Of a stretch of 30,007 nt of DNA, positions 1-9,082 are shown piece after piece. Position 1 is the first letter of the stretch, and each line of letters opens with the position of its first letter. Under the pieces are notes generated by a model. It was not told where the DNA came from and searched no databases. It saw only the letters and a list, made by a program, of their open reading frames with translations. Both the position numbers and the translations under genes were made by a program. The DNA lies in sequence record DRR723986_5772; one strand, given 5' to 3'.

Positions 1-402
1 AGAGCACTTGTAGGCGAATATCGCATCATCCAAAACTGAAAAGCCATGCGCAAATCCTGCTGGAACATACATCAGATTATTTCTGTCAGCATCAAGAATA
101 GTTGAGTATTTCTCACCAAAGGTTGAAGAATCTCTTCTCAAATCTACGATCACATCGAGCACCTTCCCTTGTATAACTCTTACTAATTTCGCCTGAGCAT
201 ATTCACCTTTCTGAAAATGTAATCCTCGGACTGTCCCTTTCTGGGAATAGCTCTGATTATCTTGCACCCAGTCATGCACTACACCTTCAGAATGCAACCA
301 ATCTGCTCGATAGGACTCAAAGAAATAACCTCTTTGATCCTCAAAAATCCTAGGAAATACCTCTAGTACACCTGGTAAAGGTGCTTTTATTATTTGGGCC
401 AT
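1..402 (-). CDS. rfbC: dTDP-4-dehydrorhamnose 3,5-epimerase, 3' end outside window
   Basis: Not in the ORF track. Manual translation from ATG at 402 gives MAQIIKAPLPGVLEVFPRIFEDQRGYFFESY...VQDNQSYSQKGTVRGLHFQ...QAKLVRVIQGKVLDVIVDLR...YVPAGFAHGF, with the RmlC motifs DxRGxF, RGLHFQ and GFAHGF. The frame is open to position 1. Confidence 0.95.
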   Translation of the reverse strand, partial: MAQIIKAPLPGVLEVFPRIFEDQRGYFFESYRADWLHSEGVVHDWVQDNQSYSQKGTVRGLHFQKGEYAQAKLVRVIQGKVLDVIVDLRRDSSTFGEKYSTILDADRNNLMYVPAGFAHGFSVLDDAIFAYKCS

Positions 403-603
403 GGGGTGAATATTGATACTGGCATTGAAAGGTAAAATAACCAAGAGACAAAACACTATCCTAATCAATTCTAAGGAAATATGTCGAACTTTGTTGAATC
501 CGATGCTAGAAATTCTAAAAACAGTACTTTAACTGGTGGTTTTTACGATAATAAGGAAACTAATTTCAAGTTTTCCGCATTGTTTTGACATAGAATACAA
601 AAT

Positions 604-1854
604 ATGAGTAAACATTCCCGAAAAATCCAAAAACTTTACGAAACAGCTCCGAAAGAGGAAACTGCCATTTTAGTAAGTGTGGTGAGACAATATCAAACTG
701 AGCAACAAACTGAGGAATATTTAGATGAATTAGCTTTTTTGACTGAGACCTTAGGTGCAAAGACTGTCTATCGCTTTACCCAAAAAATGGAAAAGCCTGA
801 TATCAAGACATTTGTGGGTACTGGTAAACTTGAGGAAATCGCTGCCTACATTAAGCATTTTGAAGTAGATATGGTCATATTCGATGATGACCTCTCGCCT
901 TCTCAAATGAGAAATCTTGAGAATGAACTTAAGGTGACTATCTACGACAGATCCTTATTAATCTTAGATATTTTCTTGAATCGCGCGCAATCTGCTCAGG
1001 CTAAAACCCAAGTAGAACTGGCAAGATTCCAATATTTGCTTCCTCGATTGACAAATATGTGGACTCACTTAGAGCGGCAGCGAGGAGGAACTACCACTCG
1101 AGGCGGTGCAGGTGAAAAGGAGATAGAAACGGATAAGCGAGATATCCGAGGAAGAATTACACTCCTCAAGGAAAAGCTTCGTGAAATAGAAAAACAAGGA
1201 GAAACTCAGCGAAAAGGCAGAAAGGGGATTGTCCGAGTGGCCGTAGTTGGCTATACCAATGTGGGTAAAAGCACATTGATGAACTTGATCACCAAAACCA
1301 ATATTCTAGCTGAAAATAAGCTTTTCGCAACGGTAGACTCTACTGTCAGAAAAGTAGTACTTGAAAATGTACCTTTCTTACTGTCTGATACAGTTGGATT
1401 TATTCGAAAACTCCCTACGCATCTAATTGCAGCATTTAAATCTACACTAGATGAGATACGTGAAGCGGACTTACTTGTGCATGTGGTAGATATTTCTCAC
1501 CCTCATTTTGAGGATCACATTGCTGTCGTTACTCAAACGCTCAATGAGATCAAAGCAGGAGATAAGCCTACCCTACTCGTTTTCAATAAAATCGACTTAG
1601 TAGAAACTATGCCTAGTGAGGAAGAAAGCATGAAGATGACAGAGCTTGAACTCGAAGAAGCAAACTTTATTGATTTTGAGGCGCTTGCAGACGCATATCA
1701 GAAAAAAACCGGGATTCCACCAGTATTCATGGCCGCAGTAAATGGTCAGAATGTGGAAGGTTTTCGCCAGGCTTTGATAGCAGAAGTAAAAAAGCAGCAT
1801 CGAAAAATATATCCTCACTACCTAGAGGATCAAACATTTTCTCTAGAAGAATAA
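604..1854 (+). CDS. hflX: Ribosome-splitting GTPase HflX
   Basis: G1 GYTNVGKST, NKLFATVD, G3 DTVGF, G4 NKID, plus HflX N-terminal motifs ILDIFLNRA and QVELARFQYLLPRL. Confidence 0.97.
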   Translation: MSKHSRKIQKLYETAPKEETAILVSVVRQYQTEQQTEEYLDELAFLTETLGAKTVYRFTQKMEKPDIKTFVGTGKLEEIAAYIKHFEVDMVIFDDDLSPSQMRNLENELKVTIYDRSLLILDIFLNRAQSAQAKTQVELARFQYLLPRLTNMWTHLERQRGGTTTRGGAGEKEIETDKRDIRGRITLLKEKLREIEKQGETQRKGRKGIVRVAVVGYTNVGKSTLMNLITKTNILAENKLFATVDSTVRKVVLENVPFLLSDTVGFIRKLPTHLIAAFKSTLDEIREADLLVHVVDISHPHFEDHIAVVTQTLNEIKAGDKPTLLVFNKIDLVETMPSEEESMKMTELELEEANFIDFEALADAYQKKTGIPPVFMAAVNGQNVEGFRQALIAEVKKQHRKIYPHYLEDQTFSLEE

Positions 1855-1863
1855 AAATTTCTG

Positions 1864-1897
1864 ATTGGGTATTAATTCTGTTGATACCCAATTTTTT
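1864..1897 (+). terminator. Intrinsic terminator of hflX
   Basis: Stem ATTGGGTATTAA / TTGATACCCAAT (one G-U pair), 5-nt loop, followed by a T run, about 10 nt after the hflX stop. Confidence 0.8.
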
Positions 1898-1982
1898 ATT
1901 ACTTCTCCCTATTCTTTTCTATTATTATTTTCCCTATCCTCACTATAATTTTTGACCTTTTTCTTTAGCTAACCATACAAGT

Positions 1983-3056
1983 ATGAGTTCTGAGTATTCT
2001 CAATATGACATATTTTTTGAAATAACACCTGACCTCGTATGTATCGCAGGTTTTGATGGATATTTCAAAAAAGTAAATCCTGCAGTTATAGATGTCTTAG
2101 GCTATAGTTATGAAGAGTTATATGCAAAGCCAGTAAATCACTTCGTGTTCGATGAGGATAAAGAAAAAACAGCAATGGTAAGAAAATCATTGTTTAATTC
2201 TACGCCTCTAGTGGATTTTGAAAATAGATATGTAACCAAATCAGGAGAGGTGGTGTGGCTTTCCTGGACCTCCCAACCAATAGAACAATCCAAATTAGTT
2301 TTTGCAATAGCGAAAAATATTACACAAAAAAAAGAGCTTGAAGCTGAAAGAAACACGCTCTTGACCAACTTAACTGAGATCAATAAAGATCTTCGACATA
2401 TTGGCCACATGACTTCCCATGATCTCAGGTCACCAGTCAATAACTTACTCTCTATATATGAATTATTAGATTTTTCAAAAATCACAGACAAGGATACGCT
2501 GGATCTCATGGAGGTGTTTAAAATTTGCTGTGAAGACTTAAGAGAGAAGCTTAATTTTTACTCTAAAGAGCTCAAAGACAAACAATCACTTTACATTCCA
2601 TTTGAAGAAATTGACCTCAATAAAGTCGTTAAAAAAGTCTCTAAATCAATCAGTTTACTAATAAAAAATTCTAACGCTACAATTTCGAGTGACTTTTCAG
2701 AGGTAAAGAAAATCCATTCCAACCCAAATTACCTAGAAAGCATTTTTCTGAATCTGATTACCAATTCAATTAAATATAAAAAGCCAGGAATTCCTCCAGT
2801 GATTACAATTACCAGCAAACTCGTAGAAGACAAAATCCAACTTTCCTTCACGGACAATGGCCAAGGTTTTGATTTGGATAAAGTAGGAAATAAACTCTTC
2901 GGTTTCCAGCAATCATTTCATTCTAAAAAAGACAGCACTGGAATTGGTCTTTATTTAGTCTATAATCACGTAAAGGGCTTGGGCGGTACAATTGAAGTAG
3001 AAAGTATTCCTGAAGAAGGGACCACCTTTCGAATTTCACTAAATGCATATCATTAA
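1983..3056 (+). CDS. Soluble PAS-domain sensor histidine kinase
   Basis: N-terminal PAS/PAC (GYFKKVNPA, FENRYVTKSGEVVWLSW), H-box SHDLRSP, N-box NLITNSIKY, G1 DNGQGF, G2 GIGLY. No transmembrane segment evident. Confidence 0.92.
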   Translation: MSSEYSQYDIFFEITPDLVCIAGFDGYFKKVNPAVIDVLGYSYEELYAKPVNHFVFDEDKEKTAMVRKSLFNSTPLVDFENRYVTKSGEVVWLSWTSQPIEQSKLVFAIAKNITQKKELEAERNTLLTNLTEINKDLRHIGHMTSHDLRSPVNNLLSIYELLDFSKITDKDTLDLMEVFKICCEDLREKLNFYSKELKDKQSLYIPFEEIDLNKVVKKVSKSISLLIKNSNATISSDFSEVKKIHSNPNYLESIFLNLITNSIKYKKPGIPPVITITSKLVEDKIQLSFTDNGQGFDLDKVGNKLFGFQQSFHSKKDSTGIGLYLVYNHVKGLGGTIEVESIPEEGTTFRISLNAYH

Positions 3057-3171
3057 CCCTGCCTAATTCTTTTGCTGCAAATTATTTCGAAGCCAAAGAC
3101 ATTACAGGACAGATAGACCAATTATACTTTATTATTTGGTCTCGTGATGCATTAATTACAACTTAGCACTG

Positions 3172-4839
3172 ATGAAAAAATCTCTATTTAAACTTCTTAT
3201 TATCAGTTTAGCTTTTTTCGCTTGCTCTCAGAAAAGTGAAATCGGAAGCTCTATCAGCACAGATTCTGAACAGATTATGGCTGGAAAGTCTCTATTTGAA
3301 GCTAACTGTAGTACCTGCCATAGTTTTGACCAAAATGGCATAGGACCGAATTTAAGTGGCTTAACACATACCATAGAAACCGAGTGGATAAGAAATTTCA
3401 TTAAAAATCCTTCGGAAGTAATCCGTTCTGGCGATCCGCGTGGGGTGACCCTGCTAGAGCAGTATAAGGCAATTATGCCTCCTTTTGAAAGTTTCACCGA
3501 GAAGGAGCTTGACGCAGTTTTAAGTTACCTCCACACATTTGCAGCCGTTCCTGACACCGTTCCGATGGTTGGACTGAAAGATCCTATTCCTGATAGCATT
3601 CCTGATTCGGGGGTACGGTTAGCTATTGAATATTTTGCGCAGCTTCCTGCTTCAGATCCCAAAGCTCCAATGGCAAAAATGACCAAAATGGAGCCAGAGC
3701 GAAATTCAGGACGCTTATTTATCAACGATCAACGGGTCGGATTATATGAGTTGATCGATGGAAAGCCAAACCTCTACCTTCCAATCACTGAGTATAAATC
3801 TGACCTCGTGAGCAAACCTGGATGGGCTACTGGCTTGGCAAGTTTTACTTTCCACCCGGAATTCGATCAAAATGGGATTTTCTATACTGCTCATACAGAT
3901 GCGGGTGGATCACAAATTGCCGATTATGGTTATTCTGACACCATTCGAGTTTTCATGCAGTGGGTAGTAACGGAGTGGAAAGCTGAGGATCCGACAGCTG
4001 CCGTATTTAAAGGAACTGACAGGGAATTGCTTCGGATTGATATCCCTACACAGGCTCATGGGATGCAGGAACTGACATTCAATCCCCACGCAAATAAAGG
4101 CGATGAGGATTATGGATTGCTATATATTGGATTCGGTGACGGCGGTCTGACTGAAAAACGAGCCGCTTATCTTTCGGACAATAAGGGGACTAAAGTATAT
4201 AGCAGCATTCTCAGAATTGATCCACAAGGGAATAACAGCCCAAATGGTAAATATGGAATTCCACCAGGCAATCCTTTTGCAGAAGAAGAGGGAAAAGCTG
4301 GAGAAGTGTATGCTTATGGATTCCGAAATCCCAATCGTGTGTTCTGGGATTCTGATGGAAATATGTTTGCCACAGATATTGGTCAACATTCAGTGGAAGA
4401 GTTAAATAGAATAGAACCAGGCAAATTTTATGGATGGCCGATTCGGGAAGGTCGATTTATCATTAATCCTTATGGTAAGTTTAACGAGGTTTTTGCGTTG
4501 AATGAAGATGACGGGAATTTTGGAGTGACTTATCCGGAAGTCCAGCTCGATCATGACGAACTGGCGGCTATATTCGCAGGATATGAAATGCCCTATGGAG
4601 CCCTGAAAGGGAAGTTTATTTTTGGTGATATTCTTTCAGGAAGACTCTTTTTCACAGACCTCAAGGATCTGGGGAAAATGAAGGTTCAAAGCTGGGGAGT
4701 CACAGTAGACGGTAAAGAGATGACTTTGAGAGAGTTGGTGCAGAATGACAGAGTAGATCTAAAATTCGGCCAGGATGCTGATAACAACATTTATATTATG
4801 AGTAAAACAGAAGGTAAAATTTATAAAATCTTGCCTTAA
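3172..4839 (+). CDS. Lipoprotein with c-type cytochrome domain fused to a glucose/sorbosone dehydrogenase-like beta-propeller
   Basis: Lipobox-like FFAC, heme motif CSTCH followed by GPNL and a distal Met (AIMPPF). GSDH-type motifs FHPEF, LYIGFGDGG, SILRIDP, YGIPPGNPF, EVYAYGFRNP and YGWP. Confidence 0.85.
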   Translation: MKKSLFKLLIISLAFFACSQKSEIGSSISTDSEQIMAGKSLFEANCSTCHSFDQNGIGPNLSGLTHTIETEWIRNFIKNPSEVIRSGDPRGVTLLEQYKAIMPPFESFTEKELDAVLSYLHTFAAVPDTVPMVGLKDPIPDSIPDSGVRLAIEYFAQLPASDPKAPMAKMTKMEPERNSGRLFINDQRVGLYELIDGKPNLYLPITEYKSDLVSKPGWATGLASFTFHPEFDQNGIFYTAHTDAGGSQIADYGYSDTIRVFMQWVVTEWKAEDPTAAVFKGTDRELLRIDIPTQAHGMQELTFNPHANKGDEDYGLLYIGFGDGGLTEKRAAYLSDNKGTKVYSSILRIDPQGNNSPNGKYGIPPGNPFAEEEGKAGEVYAYGFRNPNRVFWDSDGNMFATDIGQHSVEELNRIEPGKFYGWPIREGRFIINPYGKFNEVFALNEDDGNFGVTYPEVQLDHDELAAIFAGYEMPYGALKGKFIFGDILSGRLFFTDLKDLGKMKVQSWGVTVDGKEMTLRELVQNDRVDLKFGQDADNNIYIMSKTEGKIYKILP

Positions 4840-4950
4840 TAGGAATTCTCAATATTATTTGACCCTCCACAAACAGCAAAGCCAAATTTTTTAATGTAGA
4901 GAAATCTCTATCTCGCTCAGAATGAGTTTGTAAAAAAAGTTTAACATTTT

Positions 4951-4981
4951 TTTGGAACACAGATTTTTTTGTTTAAAATTG
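4951..4981 (+). promoter_or_regulatory. Candidate Bacteroidota housekeeping promoter of gntR/PUL
   Basis: TTTG at 4951-4954, 19-nt spacer, TAAAATTG at 4974-4981 (one mismatch to TAnnTTTG). Confidence 0.55.
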
Positions 4982-5007
4982 GTCAACCAATTATTGGTCA
5001 ACCAATT
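4977..5007. promoter_or_regulatory. Tandem palindromic GntR/FadR-type operator, 2 x ATTGGTCAACCAAT
   Basis: Identical 14-mers at 4978-4991 and 4993-5006, each an inverted repeat ATTGGT-NN-ACCAAT. They resemble FadR-subfamily TGGT...ACCA boxes and lie directly upstream of the regulator ATG. Confidence 0.8.
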
Positions 5008-5014
5008 TAAACCC

Positions 5015-5710
5015 ATGGAAACCTTAAGTAATTTTAAAACAATTAAGCTTGATCATCCTGTAGATATTATTATCAGTCAAATAAGAGATTTGATTATTTC
5101 AGGCGAACTTAACGCGGGTGACAAGCTTCCTCCTGAGCGCAAACTTTCCGAAAAACTTGGCATCAGCAGAACTTACGTCAGAGAGGCTATTAAGAAACTT
5201 GAGTTTTACGGGATAGTCAAAACCCACCCACAAAGCGGAACTATCATCGCAGGTCTGGGAATCACAGCTTTAGAAGGATTGATCTCTGATGTCCTGAAAA
5301 TGGAAGGAAGTGATTTTCATTCCTTGATAGAGACCCGATTGATTCTTGAAGCTCAAACAGTGAGGCTCGCAGCAGAGAGACGGACTGAGGAAGATATTGA
5401 AGCGCTAGAAGAAGCATTAGATCTCTACGAAGCCAAAGTAAAATCAGGAGCACAGGCCATAGATGAGGATTTACTTTTTCACATCAAAATCGCTGAAGCC
5501 AGCAAAAACAATGTGCTCAAATCGCTGATGCTTATTGTCACTCCTGATATTCTGACTCATTTCACTAAACATAATGTCTGTGGTGGAGGCAAGCCATTTG
5601 GGGCTTTGCAGGAGCATAAAGAAATCCTTACCCATATCATTAATCAAGACACAACAATGGCAGAATTCGCCATGAAAAACCACCTATCTGAAATCATAAA
5701 TAAAAAATGA
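5015..5710 (+). CDS. GntR/FadR-family transcriptional repressor of the alginate PUL (AusR-like role inferred)
   Basis: wHTH motif GDKLPPERKLSEKLGISRTYVREAIKKLE and FCD domain (ETRLILE, DLLFHIKIAEASKN, EHKEIL). ATG 5015 is preferred to the TTG at 4952, which would run through the operator. Confidence 0.92.
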   Translation: METLSNFKTIKLDHPVDIIISQIRDLIISGELNAGDKLPPERKLSEKLGISRTYVREAIKKLEFYGIVKTHPQSGTIIAGLGITALEGLISDVLKMEGSDFHSLIETRLILEAQTVRLAAERRTEEDIEALEEALDLYEAKVKSGAQAIDEDLLFHIKIAEASKNNVLKSLMLIVTPDILTHFTKHNVCGGGKPFGALQEHKEILTHIINQDTTMAEFAMKNHLSEIINKK

Positions 5711-5722
5711 GTAGCCTATGGT

Positions 5723-5749
5723 AAAAAAAATGGTGGACAGAATCCACCA
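5723..5749 (-). terminator. Minus-strand intrinsic terminator in the gntR-susC spacer
   Basis: On the minus strand: TGGTGGA-TTCTG-TCCACCA followed by T8 (A run at 5723-5730). The plus strand lacks a comparable U tract. Confidence 0.65.
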
Positions 5750-5822
5750 AATTTCACATCAGGAATATTAAGTACTACTGTATAAAGATTGTCGAGGTCC
5801 TAACCGTAGTCTCCCTAATGGA
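5723..5822 (-). ncRNA. Candidate cis-antisense small RNA (~100 nt) upstream of susC
   Basis: Consensus -7 box TAAATTTG on the minus strand (5834-5827), TTTA about 19 nt upstream, and a minus-strand terminator at 5749-5723. The 5' end is approximate. Confidence 0.45.
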
Positions 5823-5918
5823 TAGTCAAATTTAAGAAAAATTCGCTAGCTATTAAATTACTTAATGTACCTGTTCTCCAATTAAGAAATCTTCAATTTA
5901 CTAACACAAACCCAAACA

Positions 5919-8900
5919 ATGAGACAACCATTACCTAATAAAATTTGGAATGGGCAGGTGATTAATCTTCAAATTCTAACCTTATGCATTTGCCTTTTAA
6001 TCGGCAATGTAGCCCATGTTCAGGCTTTTCAAAGCCAATCTGCCAATACGATCACAGGCCAAGTGAATGACGCTCAAGGGCTATATATTCCAGGAGTAAA
6101 CATTCTTGTAAAAGGTACCACTACTGCAACGGTATCTGACCTAGACGGTAAATTCCGTATCAATGCAAATCCCACTGACATCCTAATTTTTTCCTTTATT
6201 GGATACACGACAGTAGAGATGGTAGTAGGTAATCAAACCCAGCTCAGCATAGTACTTGATGAGGATCAAACTCAACTAGACGAAGTTGTAGTAGTAGGGT
6301 ATGGAACCCAAAAGAAATCTCATCTCACTGGTGCAGTATCTAAGTTTGAAAACACCAACTTGGGCGATTTGCCAATCCTACAGGCAGATCAAGCCCTTCA
6401 AGGGAAAATAGCAGGTGTACAAATTCAGAATACTACTTCGGAAGCAGGCGTTTCTCCATCCATTAGAATCCGTGGCAATAGCTCAATAGGAGCTAATAAC
6501 GAGCCTCTAGTAGTAGTGGATGGTTTCCCTACGCCAGACGGTCTTTCCTTTATCAACCCTAACGACATCGAATCAATCGAAGTCCTCAAGGATGCCGCTT
6601 CTGCAGCTATCTATGGCTCTAGAGGTGCAAATGGTGTCATCATAGTAACTACCAAAAGCGGAGTAGCAGACAAGCCGACCTTTACCTTCAAGATGTTTTC
6701 TGGCGTGAAAAGTCCCTATAAACTCCATGACATGCTTACATCCAAAGAGTATGCAGAGATGTTGTGGGAAGAGGAAACTAGAGGAGGAGTGGCACCTACT
6801 ATTCATGAGCAAGCCGCTTGGTCTGTGGAAAACGAAACTAATTGGCAAGAAGAAGGACTTCGACAAGGGGTAGTTAGCAGCTATCAGTTAGGGGTTTCTG
6901 GAGGTAAAAAAGACATCACATACCTAATCTCTGGCGGTTACAATGACGAAAAGGGTATGCTTATCAATAACGATTTTGAGCGATTAAACCTCAGAATGAA
7001 AATGGATGCTAAGTTGAATAAGGTGTTGAAAGTTGGGGTAAATATTAACCCTTCTTATACCAAGCGTATTCTTCCAGCTTCCAACTTCACGGATTACTTC
7101 AGAACGCCATCTTTCATGCCTGTAAGACATAATGAAGAGACTTCTGCTCTTACTGGAATTCCTGTCGGTGAGTATGCACATGGACGTCATTTCAGCAATG
7201 TCTTGTATGAATTCACAACTCCTCAGGGTATAGATGTGTCTACTACTTCTGCTAGACCTTGGAGCACATCAAACAACAACCCAAAGTTCATTTCAGATAA
7301 CGATTCGCGTGTAGACAACCAATACCGACTGCTAGCATCTACTTATTTACAGATAGACCTGGGTAAAAATCTATTCTTCAAAGCTTCTCAAGGTGCTTAT
7401 ATCACTAACAGAGTACAGGAAGAGTACAGAAATGAAGGTACTAATAGAGCTGGAGACCCTAACAGAGGGTCTTATGAAACTAACCTTCGAATCGACCTCC
7501 TTTCAGAAAATATATTAAGCTACAACAAGAGCTTCGGGGATCACGAAGTGTCAGCAGTAGGTGGTTTTACAGCTCAAAAAGTAACCAATACCTATTCTAG
7601 TATTGTAGGCACCAACTTCCCAACGGACTATGTCCCTACGTTGAATGGGGCAACGGTGATTGATTTGGTAAATACCTACACCTTAAAGGATGAAACATTA
7701 TTGCTTTCTTATTTAGCTAGAGCTAGCTATTCCTACAAAAACAAATACTTATTCTCAGCAAGTGCAAGAACTGACGGAAGTTCACTTTTCGGTCCAGACA
7801 ATAAATGGGGTTGGTTTCCATCAGTTTCGGCAGGATGGGTGCTATCTGAAGAAGGTTTTTTGCAAGGAAATAGCGTGATAGATCTTCTGAAATTAAGAGC
7901 AAGCTACGGTGTCACTGGTAACAACGACATCGAGAATTATGCTTCTGTGAATAGACTTTATCCCGAAAATTATGCCTTCGGTGCTGGGACAGGCACGTTA
8001 ACTCCAGGGCTAGCTCAGTCAGGCAGCACACTTGCCAATAGATCCATCGCATGGGAGCGTACTTTCTCTACCAACATTGGCTTTGACATCGCATTTCTCG
8101 AAAATAGGTTTAGCCTTTCGGCCGAATATTATCAGTCTCAGACTGACCAATTGCTACTTAGACAGCCTACTCTGGCAATTACAGGGTTTACTGAATTCTG
8201 GAACAACATAGGTAAAATTCAGAACAACGGGTTTGAATTTGAAATGAACTTAAATAACGTCAATAAGAAAAACTTCCAATGGTCAACCTCTCTAAACCTT
8301 TCTTCTGTAAAGAACAAATTGGTTGAATTCAGTGGTGAGGACAGATTACTTTCCTACGGAGAGCGAAATGAAATCTACCTAGCTCAAGTCGGTCAGCCTT
8401 ACATCCAATTCTTTGGTTATAAAGCAATTGGTGTATGGAACTCTCAAGAAGAAATCAATGCAAATGCTAGCAATAGCTTGGACCGCCCAGGAGGATTAAG
8501 ATTGTTGGATGCCAATGAAGATGGTATCATCGATGACGATGATCGCGTTGTATTAGGAAATCCATTCCCAGACTTCACCTGGGGAATTACTAACAACTTC
8601 AACTTCGGCAATTTTGACTTGAGCGTGCTGATCCAAGGGGTACAAGGGATAGATGTTTTCAATGGTGATGGTCACTACAATGAGACCAAAAGAACCAATA
8701 GAAAATATGTGGAAAACAGGTGGGTATCGGCAGAGTCTCCAGGGGATGGCGTCACACCTTATAGCACGAATGGCATTGGATGGCAGTTTACCGATTACAT
8801 GATCGAAGATGGGTCTTATGTCTCTGTTCGAGATATTGTTCTTGGATATAATTTCCCACAGTCAATTACAGAAAAAATCAAATTGAAAGGCCTGAGAGTT

Positions 8901-9071
8901 TATGGATCCGCTCAAAATGCCCTTTACTTCAGCGCAAAAGGCTATCGTGGAATCAACCCAGAGGCGAGATCTACTTCCTCGCAATATGCTTCTCCGCTGG
9001 TAACGGGGTATCAAAGAGGCTCTTTTCCAGTACCTAGAGCTTTTGTATTCGGTATAGATGTCAGCTTTTAA
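5919..9071 (+). CDS. susC: SusC/RagA-family TonB-dependent transporter
   Basis: N-terminal CarboxypepD_reg-like domain (IPGVNILVKGT), LDEVVVVGYGTQKK, plug motif DIESIEVLKDAASAAIYGSRGANGVIIVTTK, LKLRASYGVTGN and C-terminal Phe. Confidence 0.97.
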   Translation: MRQPLPNKIWNGQVINLQILTLCICLLIGNVAHVQAFQSQSANTITGQVNDAQGLYIPGVNILVKGTTTATVSDLDGKFRINANPTDILIFSFIGYTTVEMVVGNQTQLSIVLDEDQTQLDEVVVVGYGTQKKSHLTGAVSKFENTNLGDLPILQADQALQGKIAGVQIQNTTSEAGVSPSIRIRGNSSIGANNEPLVVVDGFPTPDGLSFINPNDIESIEVLKDAASAAIYGSRGANGVIIVTTKSGVADKPTFTFKMFSGVKSPYKLHDMLTSKEYAEMLWEEETRGGVAPTIHEQAAWSVENETNWQEEGLRQGVVSSYQLGVSGGKKDITYLISGGYNDEKGMLINNDFERLNLRMKMDAKLNKVLKVGVNINPSYTKRILPASNFTDYFRTPSFMPVRHNEETSALTGIPVGEYAHGRHFSNVLYEFTTPQGIDVSTTSARPWSTSNNNPKFISDNDSRVDNQYRLLASTYLQIDLGKNLFFKASQGAYITNRVQEEYRNEGTNRAGDPNRGSYETNLRIDLLSENILSYNKSFGDHEVSAVGGFTAQKVTNTYSSIVGTNFPTDYVPTLNGATVIDLVNTYTLKDETLLLSYLARASYSYKNKYLFSASARTDGSSLFGPDNKWGWFPSVSAGWVLSEEGFLQGNSVIDLLKLRASYGVTGNNDIENYASVNRLYPENYAFGAGTGTLTPGLAQSGSTLANRSIAWERTFSTNIGFDIAFLENRFSLSAEYYQSQTDQLLLRQPTLAITGFTEFWNNIGKIQNNGFEFEMNLNNVNKKNFQWSTSLNLSSVKNKLVEFSGEDRLLSYGERNEIYLAQVGQPYIQFFGYKAIGVWNSQEEINANASNSLDRPGGLRLLDANEDGIIDDDDRVVLGNPFPDFTWGITNNFNFGNFDLSVLIQGVQGIDVFNGDGHYNETKRTNRKYVENRWVSAESPGDGVTPYSTNGIGWQFTDYMIEDGSYVSVRDIVLGYNFPQSITEKIKLKGLRVYGSAQNALYFSAKGYRGINPEARSTSSQYASPLVTGYQRGSFPVPRAFVFGIDVSF

Positions 9072-9082
9072 TCTTGATCAAC

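Noticed and set aside
403-603. Possible attenuator or leader peptide upstream of hflX, as in antibiotic-inducible hflX variants
   Set aside because: I found no convincing leader ORF with a terminator/antiterminator pair.
4952-5014. N-terminal extension of the GntR ORF containing repeated LVNQ
   Set aside because: The peptide repeat is just the translated tandem DNA operator; ATG 5015 is the more plausible start.
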